DNA of 32,000 nt. Source: Neisseria musculi (GTDB lineage: Bacteria; Pseudomonadota; Gammaproteobacteria; Burkholderiales; Neisseriaceae). The DNA lies in the NCBI RefSeq assembly GCF_042649805.1, contig NZ_JBHRZW010000038.1; one strand, 5' to 3'. A program made the translations under genes and the position numbers. The notes under the pieces are model-generated. The model saw nothing but the letters and a program-made list of their open reading frames with translations. It was not told the DNA's origin and did not search any database. This document shows positions 9,243-17,016 of the stretch, one piece after another. Numbering within the stretch: position 1 is the stretch's first letter; each line of letters begins with the position of its first letter.

Positions 9243-9833
9243 CTAAACAACTTCCACGCCTTCTGCCGCCAAAAATTCCACCAGCTTGAAAACCGGCAGG
9301 CCGATCAGGGCGTTGGGGTCGGTGCTGTCGATCCGCTCCAGCAGCGCCGCGCCCAAACCTTCGCTTTTGGCCGCGCCGGCGCAATAGACGGCATCAGGTT
9401 CGTGCTCCAGATAGCGGCGGATTTGTCCGCTGCCCAGTTTGCGCATGGTAACCACGGTTTTATCGACATGGGTGTGCAGGCCGCCTGAAGCAGTGTTGAG
9501 CAGACAGAGCGCGCTGTAAAACACGATGCGCTGCCCGCTCGATTGCGCCAGCATCTGTTGTGCGTTTGCAACGCTCATCGGCTTGCCGAGCTGCAGACCG
9601 TTGCACCAAGCCACTTGGTCTGCGCCGATAATCAACGCCTGCGGAAATCTGCCGGCCAGCGAGCGGGCTTTGCCGACAGCTAAACGCAGGGCAGTTTGTT
9701 CTGCGGTTTCGCCGGGTATCGGCGTTTCATCGAAATCGGGACGGGCCGTCTGAAAAGAAACGCCCAAGCGTTGCAGTTGGGCTTGGCGGAACACCGAACC
9801 CGAGCCTAAAACAAGCGGCAGATTTGTATTCAT
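9243..9833 (-). CDS. yceF: Maf-like nucleoside triphosphate pyrophosphatase, YceF subtype
   Basis: 196 aa. LGSGS..R N-terminal motif and Maf fold blocks. It is divergent from yceD-rpmF-plsX, exactly as E. coli yceF is. Confidence 0.8.
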   Translation of the reverse strand: MNTNLPLVLGSGSVFRQAQLQRLGVSFQTARPDFDETPIPGETAEQTALRLAVGKARSLAGRFPQALIIGADQVAWCNGLQLGKPMSVANAQQMLAQSSGQRIVFYSALCLLNTASGGLHTHVDKTVVTMRKLGSGQIRRYLEHEPDAVYCAGAAKSEGLGAALLERIDSTDPNALIGLPVFKLVEFLAAEGVEVV

Positions 9834-9846
9834 ATGTGTAAAAACA

Positions 9847-9875
9847 TTGACGTTAAAGCAATGAAATTATATCAT
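9847..9875 (+). promoter_or_regulatory. Candidate sigma70 promoter for yceD-rpmF (TTGACG-17-TATCAT)
   Basis: TTGACG at 9847..9852 and TATCAT at 9870..9875 with 17-nt spacing. The -10 ends only 9 nt before ATG 9885, which would imply a leaderless or near-leaderless transcript. Motif match only. Confidence 0.3.
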
Positions 9876-9884
9876 ACCCCGTTT

Positions 9885-10388
9885 ATGTCAGACCTTAATT
9901 TGATTGACCCTGCCGCTTTCGCCGCCGAAAAGCAGAGCCTTCAAGGCCGGTTTTTACTGAGCCGGTTGGACGAGCGCGTTTGGTCGCACGAATATTTTGC
10001 CGACAAGCAGGCCGAGGTGTGGTTTGCCCTCAAAGGCGGGCAAGACCGCTTCTGGCGGTTGTTTCTCGATTTGACCGTAACGGGCAGCGTGCCGCTGGTG
10101 TGCCAGCGTTGTATGCAGCCGATGCCGTTTGATTTCAACGAAGCCGGCCGTATCGTGTTATTCGACAGCGAAGCCGGTTTGGACGAAGCCATGCTCTCCG
10201 ATGAGGATTTGGAGGGCATGGTGGCGGAAGAGACGCTTGATGTGCGCACTTTGGTGGAAGACCAAATCCTGATGGCTCTGCCGTTTTCTCCGCGCCATGA
10301 AAACTGCGCCCATGCCGTTGCCGGAGAGGTCAACCGAGACAAACCCAATCCGTTTGCCGTTTTGGCAGGGCTCAAAAGCAGCCGCTGA
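9885..10388 (+). CDS. yceD: DUF177 / YceD large-subunit ribosome-associated protein
   Basis: 167 aa from ATG 9885 (ATG 9861 and 9834 are upstream alternatives). CQRC motif, acidic C-terminal half and KPNPFAVLAGLK tail as in E. coli YceD. It sits immediately upstream of rpmF. Confidence 0.85.
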   Translation: MSDLNLIDPAAFAAEKQSLQGRFLLSRLDERVWSHEYFADKQAEVWFALKGGQDRFWRLFLDLTVTGSVPLVCQRCMQPMPFDFNEAGRIVLFDSEAGLDEAMLSDEDLEGMVAEETLDVRTLVEDQILMALPFSPRHENCAHAVAGEVNRDKPNPFAVLAGLKSSR

Positions 10389-10424
10389 GCCGGCTTTACC
10401 GTTTTATATTTTTAGGAGCTTGAA

Positions 10425-10601
10425 ATGGCCGTTCAACAAAACAAAAAATCCCCTTCCCGCCGCGGTATGCACCGCTCGCACGATGCTTTGACCGCGCCCG
10501 CCCTGTCGGTTGACGGCGCAACCGGCGAAGTACACCGCCCCCACCATATTTCGCCCAACGGTATGTACCGTGGCCGCAAAGTGGTGAAAGCCAAAGGATA
10601 A
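10425..10601 (+). CDS. rpmF: 50S ribosomal protein L32
   Basis: Not in the ORF track (58 aa). My translation is [63 protein letters not shown] lies 6 nt upstream. Confidence 0.95.
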   Translation: MAVQQNKKSPSRRGMHRSHDALTAPALSVDGATGEVHRPHHISPNGMYRGRKVVKAKG

Positions 10602-10626
10602 TCCGCTTTGCCCCAATGATGAACGA

Positions 10627-10668
10627 AAGCCAGAAGATTGCCGTCCAACCGCAATTGCTGGCTTTTTT
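10627..10668 (+). terminator. Hairpin plus T-run after rpmF
   Basis: aagccag..attgc-(9 nt loop)-gcaat..ctggctt followed by TTTTT. Confidence 0.6.
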
Positions 10669-10776
10669 GCGTTAAACACCGCAGGTTGGGCGCGTCAGTA
10701 AAAATCAGGCCGTCTGAAAGCCCGGTTATCTGAAACCTTCACAAAAAAGGTGGCCTGCGGCATTGCCGGTATTGAT

Positions 10777-11307
10777 ATGATGAAAAAGAAAGTCTGGTAC
10801 ACCTATGACGATATCCACCGCGTTATCGGGCAGCTTGCAGAAAAAATCAAGGCATCAGGGGTGCGTTACGATGCCATGATTGCCATCGGCGGCGGCGGTT
10901 TTATCCCCGCGCGGATTCTGCGCTGCTTTTTAGGCATTCCGATTTACGCCGTAACCACCGCATATTACGACAGTGATAGGCAGGGTCGGGCAACCGAGAG
11001 TGTGAAAAAAATCCAATGGCTTGATCCCGTTCCCGAAACCCTGCGCGGAAAAAACGTGTTGGTGGTGGACGAAGTGGACGACAGCCGCGTTACACTCGAA
11101 TTTTGCCTAAACGAGTTGGAAAAAGAGCCGTTCGGCACGGTGGGCATTGCCGTGTTACATGAAAAAATCAAAGAAAAGCAAGGCAGGCTGCCTGGAAATA
11201 TGCCTTATTTCAGTGGTTTGACCGTGCCTGATTGGTGGATTAACTATCCGTGGGATGCCGAGGATATCGATGAACACAACCGCCTGGCAGCGCAGGCCGC
11301 AGAGTAG
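10777..11307 (+). CDS. Purine phosphoribosyltransferase (Gpt/HGPRT-like)
   Basis: 176 aa from ATG 10777. PRPP-binding loop VLVVDEVDDSRVT, and WINYPWD resembles E. coli Gpt WIEQPWD. Confidence 0.8.
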   Translation: MMKKKVWYTYDDIHRVIGQLAEKIKASGVRYDAMIAIGGGGFIPARILRCFLGIPIYAVTTAYYDSDRQGRATESVKKIQWLDPVPETLRGKNVLVVDEVDDSRVTLEFCLNELEKEPFGTVGIAVLHEKIKEKQGRLPGNMPYFSGLTVPDWWINYPWDAEDIDEHNRLAAQAAE

Positions 11308-11373
11308 GCGGCAGGTTTCGCGGCCGGATATCAGGCCGTCTGAAACATTTGGTATAGCATGGAGAAACATATA

Positions 11374-12438
11374 ATGATTACTTTGGCCGTTGATGCCATG
11401 GGCGGCGATGCCGGATTGAGCGTTACCGTTCCCGGCGCTGTGGCTTTTTTAAACCGGCAGAGCAACGTCAATCTGATTATGGTTGGAGACGAGGTGCCTT
11501 TGAAAGCCGCGCTGGCTGCCGCGCACGCGCCGATGGACCGCATTACCGTGCAACACGCTGCGCAAGTGGTGGAGATGGACGAAGCCCCCCAGCTTGCCTT
11601 GAAAAACAAAAAAGATTCTTCGATGCGCATCGCCATCAACCAGGTGAAAGAAGGCTTGGCGCAGGCTGCCGTATCGGCGGGCAATACCGGCGCGCTGATG
11701 GCAACGGCACGTTTCGTGCTGAAAACCATTCCCGGCATCGAGCGGCCGGCGATTGCCAAATTTCTGCCGTCCTCCAGCGGCCACATGACCCTGATGTTGG
11801 ATTTGGGGGCGAATGTCGATTGCACCGAGGAGCAATTGATGCAGTTTGCCGTTATCGGCAGCGAGCTTTATCAGGCGCTTTATCCGGCCGGCGGCCGTGC
11901 GCGCGTGGGTCTGCTGAATGTGGGCACCGAAGACATCAAAGGCACCGAAACCGTTAAGCGGGCTTTCGAACTGCTCAAAGCGGGCAATCTGAATTTTGTC
12001 GGCAACGTTGAGGGTAACGCGGTATTTTCAGGCAAGGTCGATGTGATTGTGGCCGATGGTTTCGTGGGGAATATCGTGCTGAAAACCATAGAGGGCGCAG
12101 TGAAATTTATGGGCGGAGCCATCAAGCAGGAATTTCAGGCCAATATGTTTACCAAAGCCGCCGCGTTGGTTTCGATGCCGGCATTGAAAGGCTTTAAAAA
12201 CAAATTTGATCCCCGCCGCTTCAACGGCGCCATTTTTCTCGGTCTGCGCGGCGTGGTGGTCAAAAGCCACGGCGGCACCGATGCGGCCGGTTTTGCCTTC
12301 GCGCTGGAAGAGGCCTACCACGAAGCCCACGCAGACAGCTTAACCAAAATAGAGCAAGGTGTGGCCGCACAACTGGCGGTTATCATGGAGAAAAAGCCGG
12401 AAAACGAACAGGCAGCGATGGCGGACAATATCGGTTAG
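11374..12438 (+). CDS. plsX: Phosphate:acyl-ACP acyltransferase
   Basis: 354 aa from ATG 11374 (GGAGA 8 nt upstream). MITLAVDAMGGD N-terminus and near-collinear identity to the meningococcal PlsX I remember. Confidence 0.95.
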   Translation: MITLAVDAMGGDAGLSVTVPGAVAFLNRQSNVNLIMVGDEVPLKAALAAAHAPMDRITVQHAAQVVEMDEAPQLALKNKKDSSMRIAINQVKEGLAQAAVSAGNTGALMATARFVLKTIPGIERPAIAKFLPSSSGHMTLMLDLGANVDCTEEQLMQFAVIGSELYQALYPAGGRARVGLLNVGTEDIKGTETVKRAFELLKAGNLNFVGNVEGNAVFSGKVDVIVADGFVGNIVLKTIEGAVKFMGGAIKQEFQANMFTKAAALVSMPALKGFKNKFDPRRFNGAIFLGLRGVVVKSHGGTDAAGFAFALEEAYHEAHADSLTKIEQGVAAQLAVIMEKKPENEQAAMADNIG

Positions 12439-12472
12439 AGCGGTTTGCAGCATCCCGCCGGATAAAAAATCG

Positions 12473-12500
12473 GGCCGGCGCCATGCCGGCCTGTTTTTTT
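12473..12500 (+). terminator. Rho-independent terminator after plsX
   Basis: ggccggc-(5 nt)-gccggcc stem followed by tgTTTTTTT. Confidence 0.75.
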
Positions 12501-12616
12501 ATCCGGCATTCGGGCGGCATCGGATCAGAGGCCGTCTGAACCGTTTTTAAAGGCCGCGCCAAAATACGCGGCCTGGGGCTTTTGTCAAAATCAAACCATG
12601 CTCCCGAAAACCTGAA

Positions 12617-12754
12617 TCCCGTCATTCCTGCTTAGGAGGGGAATCCGGCATGGGAATAATAAATCATTTTATTTCAGTAGCTTATGAAATAAAGGCTGAT
12701 AACGGCTCAAACATTTCAGACGGCCTTTTTAAGATATTTTTGCAAAGGTCCCGG
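12617..12754. repeat. NIME-like intergenic module: dRS3-like inverted repeat, DUS, and a TTTGCAAAGGTCCCGG end motif
   Basis: ATTCC-N11-GGAAT at 12624..12644, DUS at 12715..12724, and ttttgcaaaggtcccgg at 12737..12754. The same DUS plus ttaagatatttttgcaaag module recurs at 19386..19429 and, inverted, at 23309..23344. Confidence 0.6.
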
Positions 12755-12952
12755 ACAGCTGTTACATCGGGGCAGATGCTTCGGCGGCACTCCGGTTCGA
12801 TTTAAAATAATCACGGTTTCAGCCCGGCCGGGTTGTTCCAGCCTCTGCAGACTGTATACCGTTTTGTTTTTGCGGATTAACCGTATGGTTCGGCTGCAGA
12901 GCGTGCGTGCCGGTTAAAGGCGGTATCTGCGGCGGACAATACCGATGCTGCG

Positions 12953-12985
12953 AAGGCCGTCTGAATATCTTTTTCAGACGGCCTT
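12953..12985. repeat. Orphan inverted DUS pair
   Basis: The sequence aaggccgtctgaa-tatcttt-ttcagacggcctt lies in the plsX-maf spacer, with a further DUS at 13050..13059. Confidence 0.8.
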
Positions 12986-13089
12986 CGGCCTTTGCCGAAA
13001 TACCTTAATCATGAATGATGCCGTTTAAAAGGCCTTTTCACGATGCTTTTTCAGACGGCCGGGTTTATCTGTTTGGCAGATAAACGCGC

Positions 13090-13713
13090 TCAACCGGCGG
13101 ATGCCTGCAGGCCGTCTGAAAAGGGCGGGGTGTTCAAACCCAGGCTTTTCAGAAGCGACACGGTTTCAAACACAGGCAGCCCCATCACGCCGGTAAAGCT
13201 GCCGCGCAGATTTTCCACAAACACTCCGCCCAGCCCTTGAATGCCGTAGGCGCCGGCCTTGTCCATTGGCTCGCCGCAGGCAATATAGGCAGCAATTTCG
13301 GCTTCGCTCAGGGTTTTGAAGGTAACATCGCTCTGCTGCAGCAGGGCATGGGTACTGCTTTGCCAATAAACGCATACGGCAGTCAATACCTGATGGGTGG
13401 TGCCGGAAAGCCGGCGCAACATATCGGCGGCATCGGCTATAGATTGCGGTTTGCCGAGAATGCGGTTGTGCAGGGCCACGGTGGTGTCGGCGCTTAACAG
13501 TGGGTATTCGGGAGCGAAAGGGCGTTGTGCCTGCCAATGGGCAACGGCAGCGGCGTTTTTTTCAAACGCCATTCGTGCCGTATAAGCGGCGGCGGCTTCG
13601 TGTAGATAAGGAGTTTCATCGGTTTCTGCGTGCAGGCGGGCAACGCGGTAGCCGAGGTTTTCGAGAATTTCCCGGCGGCGCGGGCTGCCGGAAGCGAGAT
13701 AGATGGTGTTCAT
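13090..13713 (-). CDS. maf: Maf nucleoside triphosphate pyrophosphatase, YhdE subtype
   Basis: 207 aa. IYLASGSPRRREIL N-terminus, DT.V and KAGAYGIQG motifs. Confidence 0.9.
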   Translation of the reverse strand: MNTIYLASGSPRRREILENLGYRVARLHAETDETPYLHEAAAAYTARMAFEKNAAAVAHWQAQRPFAPEYPLLSADTTVALHNRILGKPQSIADAADMLRRLSGTTHQVLTAVCVYWQSSTHALLQQSDVTFKTLSEAEIAAYIACGEPMDKAGAYGIQGLGGVFVENLRGSFTGVMGLPVFETVSLLKSLGLNTPPFSDGLQASAG

Positions 13714-13725
13714 TTGCTTTACCTT

Positions 13726-13761
13726 TTACGGCACAGCCCTGCCTTACGGCACAGCCCTGCC
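13726..13761. repeat. Perfect 18-bp tandem duplication (ttacggcacagccctgcc x2)
   Basis: Read directly from the sequence. It starts 13 nt upstream of the maf ATG (13713). Confidence 0.95.
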
Positions 13762-14099
13762 GAAACAGTACGGCAGGAAAATAACGGTTGCGCTTTCTTT
13801 ATAGTAACCCCGCTTATTTCTGCTGCGGCGTTGCTGCGCTTGGTTGGGAAAAGTAGTTTGCAGGCCGCCCAAACGGCGTATGGTTTATGCTGCTCAAGCC
13901 TGTGTCGGTGCCGGAAATAAGGGGCACGATAAGTAGCGGGCTGCAACCTTCCCAAAACACTTAGGCCGTCTGAAAGGTTTCAATACTGCATTTGCGGCAA
14001 TGGGTCGGCCAATAAACTTCTTGCGGAGTTGCAAGAGCGTCAGGCCGTTTGCAAACGGATGCGGCATTTGTTTTCAGACGGCCTTTCCATCAAGGCCGG

Positions 14100-15821
14100 C
14101 TAGGCCGCTTCCCAATAATCGATATAAAGCTGCAATTCGGTGTGGTTGCGCCATTCGTTGGCCACGGGGCGGTAAACCGTGCGCACGCGCGCGGGAATCT
14201 CTTCGGTGCAACGCCAAAACATGGCTTCAAATTCGCGGCCTTCTTTTTGCAGCCATGCTTTTTTGTGGTTCACGCCCATGGGCTGCTGGCGGACAACGGC
14301 AAATTCATCGGTGAAGCTCGGCGGTGCAAACCCCTGCCCCCACACATGGCGGGCGAGGTTTTGCGCCTGCTCGAGGGTGAGCTCGGCGGCGGGCAGGCTG
14401 CCGTCTGTGAGGTAGGTTTGCGACAAATCGTCTTCGCAAACCAGCCCGCGCACCACGTTTTCAAAGGCCGTCTGAAAAGCATCGATATCGTGTTCGCGTA
14501 TGCTCAAACCCGCCGCCATGGCGTGCCCGCCGAACTTTAAAATCAAATCGGGGTGGCGTTTGCTCACCAAATCCAACGCATCGCGCAGGTGCAGGCCGGC
14601 AATGGAGCGGCCGGAGCCGCGCACTTCGCCGTTGCCGGCGGGGGCGAACACGATGGCGGGGCGGTAGAAGCGCTCTTTCAGACGGCCGGCAACAATGCCT
14701 ATAACGCCCTGGTGGAAGTCGCTGCGGTAGGCCACCAGCGTGGTTTGGCCGGGGGGCAGCGCGGCGGGGCAGGCATCGAGCGCGTCTTGCAGCATCGATT
14801 GCTCGATTTCGCGCCGCTCGATGTTCAAGCCGTTTAGGCGGGCGGCGAGGGTTTGCGCTTCGGCATCACTCTCGGCCAGCAGGCAGGCGATGCCCACCGA
14901 CATATCGTCCAACCTGCCGGCGGCATTGATGCGCGGCCCCAGTGCAAAGCCCATATCGAAAGGCTGTGCTTTGCGCCAGTCGCGCCGCGCCACCTCAAAC
15001 AGGGCGCGGATACCGGGGCGCATTTTGCCCGAACGCATACGCTTCAGCCCCTGCGACACGAGAATGCGGTTGTTGTGATCCAGCGGCACCACATCGGCCA
15101 CCGTGCCCAGCGCTACCAAATCCAACAGTTCGCCCAAATTAGGCTCGGGCAGGCCGTCTGAAACAGAATGGGCGTGTTCAGACGGCTTAAACCAGCCGCG
15201 TCGGCGCAATTCGGCGCGCAGAGCCACCAACACATAAAAAATCACGCCCACGCCCGCCAGGCTTTTGCCGGCAAACGTGCAGCCTGCCTGGTTGGGATTG
15301 ACGATGATGCAGTCGGGTGTGCGCTCGGCGGGCAGGTGGTGGTCGGTGATGACAACATCGATGCCCAATGCCTGCGCGCGCGCCACGCCGGCGAGGCTGG
15401 CGATGCCGTTGTCCACCGTTAAGATTAAATCCACATTTCGGGCGGCGGCGGTTTCAGACAGCTCGGGCGTGAGGCCGTAACCGTGTTCGAAACGGTTGGG
15501 CACGAGAAAATCCACCGTTGCACCCATTGCGCCCAAACCCTTCATGCCGACCGTGCAGGCAGTGGCGCCATCGGCATCGTAGTCGGCCACAATCAGGATT
15601 TTCTCGCGTCGCTGCACCGCATCGGCCAACCGCGCCGCCGCCGCCGTGCAGTTTTTCAGGCTTTGGTAGGGCAGCAGCGCGGCCAGTTTGTCGTCAAGCT
15701 CGGCCGGCGAAGCCACATCGCGCGCCGCGCACAGGCGCGCCAGCAAAGGGTCGGTGCCGGCTTCGATCAGGCTTTGGCAGATATTGGGGTTGAACGGGCG
15801 GGTTTGGATTTTGGCAGACAT
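14100..15821 (-). CDS. recJ: Single-stranded-DNA-specific 5'-3' exonuclease RecJ
   Basis: 573 aa from ATG 15821 (MSAKIQTR). DHH motifs (DYDADGAT, TVDNG, TDHH) and GGH.MAAG, collinear with E. coli RecJ. Confidence 0.95.
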   Translation of the reverse strand: MSAKIQTRPFNPNICQSLIEAGTDPLLARLCAARDVASPAELDDKLAALLPYQSLKNCTAAAARLADAVQRREKILIVADYDADGATACTVGMKGLGAMGATVDFLVPNRFEHGYGLTPELSETAAARNVDLILTVDNGIASLAGVARAQALGIDVVITDHHLPAERTPDCIIVNPNQAGCTFAGKSLAGVGVIFYVLVALRAELRRRGWFKPSEHAHSVSDGLPEPNLGELLDLVALGTVADVVPLDHNNRILVSQGLKRMRSGKMRPGIRALFEVARRDWRKAQPFDMGFALGPRINAAGRLDDMSVGIACLLAESDAEAQTLAARLNGLNIERREIEQSMLQDALDACPAALPPGQTTLVAYRSDFHQGVIGIVAGRLKERFYRPAIVFAPAGNGEVRGSGRSIAGLHLRDALDLVSKRHPDLILKFGGHAMAAGLSIREHDIDAFQTAFENVVRGLVCEDDLSQTYLTDGSLPAAELTLEQAQNLARHVWGQGFAPPSFTDEFAVVRQQPMGVNHKKAWLQKEGREFEAMFWRCTEEIPARVRTVYRPVANEWRNHTELQLYIDYWEAA

Positions 15822-15982
15822 GAAACGGGAAAATGCGGGAAAAGCCCGTATTGTATCGTAAAACAAAATAAAAGCGGTACGGCATAGCCCCCGCCTGCAT
15901 CAGAGCGTACGGGCAGGCTTGCCCTGCCCCGCCCCTGATTATCCGGCTGCCGCTATAGATGCGGGGATATGGAGCAGAGTGT

Positions 15983-16022
15983 TTCAGACGGCCGGAGATT
16001 TTGAAAAGGGCGGCCGTCTGAA
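15983..16022. repeat. Inverted DUS pair in the divergent recJ/msrC spacer
   Basis: The sequence is ttcagacggcc-(19 nt)-ggccgtctgaa. Confidence 0.8.
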
Positions 16023-16130
16023 AAAAACAAGATGCGGCAAAGTTTGGCTGTTGATTGCAACCGTAATACTTGACCTGCCGCGCGGCTGTGCAACAATAGC
16101 GGCTGTTTTTTGACACAGGCAGCCCGCACC

Positions 16131-16619
16131 ATGCACACCATTCAAACCGGCGGCACCACCAAAGTGGAAATTTATCAGGAAATCCTGCCGCAAATCGAAA
16201 GCCTGATTCGGGGCGAACCCGACCTGAGAGCCAATCTCGCCAACATCAGCGCGGTGTTGAAAGCATCGTTCGGCTGGCTGTGGGTGGGCTTTTATCTGGC
16301 CGACCACAACCGCCGCGAACTGGTGTTGGGGCCGTTTCAGGGGCCGCCGGCCTGCACGCGCATTGCCTACGGGCGCGGCGTGTGCGGCCGTGTTTGGGAA
16401 AAAGGCAGCACTATTGTGGTGGAAGACGTGAACCGTTACCCCGGCCATATCGCCTGCTCGGCACTGTCGCAATCCGAAATCGTTGTGCCCGTGTGGGACA
16501 AAACCCGCCGCCTGATGGCCGTGCTCGATGCCGATGCCGAAACCACGGGCTGTTTTAACGGCACCGATGCGCATTATCTGGGCAGGCTGGCCGAAATCGT
16601 CATGCGCTACCACGGCTGA
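16131..16619 (+). CDS. msrC: GAF-domain free methionine-(R)-sulfoxide reductase
   Basis: 162 aa from ATG 16131. W.GFYL, LVLGPFQG..AC.RI..GRGVCG and GHIACS..S.SEIVVP blocks match E. coli YebR/MsrC as I remember it. Confidence 0.85.
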   Translation: MHTIQTGGTTKVEIYQEILPQIESLIRGEPDLRANLANISAVLKASFGWLWVGFYLADHNRRELVLGPFQGPPACTRIAYGRGVCGRVWEKGSTIVVEDVNRYPGHIACSALSQSEIVVPVWDKTRRLMAVLDADAETTGCFNGTDAHYLGRLAEIVMRYHG

Positions 16620-16702
16620 CGGGCCGCAGTTTCTATAAAAAGTAGATGTACCTTAGCGGGCATAAATATGCCGTCAGGCACACAGGCGCTGCAAGCACTT
16701 GG

Positions 16703-16731
16703 GGCTGTCTGAAAAAAGTTTTCAGACAGCC
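16703..16731 (+). terminator. Inverted pair of a variant DUS (GCTGTCTGAA) after msrC
   Basis: The sequence is ggctgtctgaa-aaaagtt-ttcagacagcc. The C-to-T variant is present on both arms. Confidence 0.5.
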
Positions 16732-17016
16732 TGATAGCATAAACAACTATTGTTTTTTTATCCGAGCCGCCAGTTTCTTCAAACACTCCGCAAAGAGATC
16801 CTACTTGGTTTTTTAAAATCTGCTCATCATATTCTTATGCTTTCGCTATATGCGCGTTTAACCCAACCATGCCTATCTAACTTCATCATGGACCTTTGTT
16901 CCGCTTTTCGTTTGTATTTTCTCTCCTTTTGCACTTCTGCTGTTGTTCCTGTGTCGGGGCGGGCTGCCGGCTGTTATCGGGCGGAGGCAGTCAGCAGCAT
17001 CGCCACTGCCCATGAC

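Noticed and set aside
13726-13761. Possible CRISPR-like or regulatory repeat array
   Set aside because: There are only two directly abutting 18-bp units with no spacers and no further copies or cas genes in the window. It is reported only as a tandem duplication.
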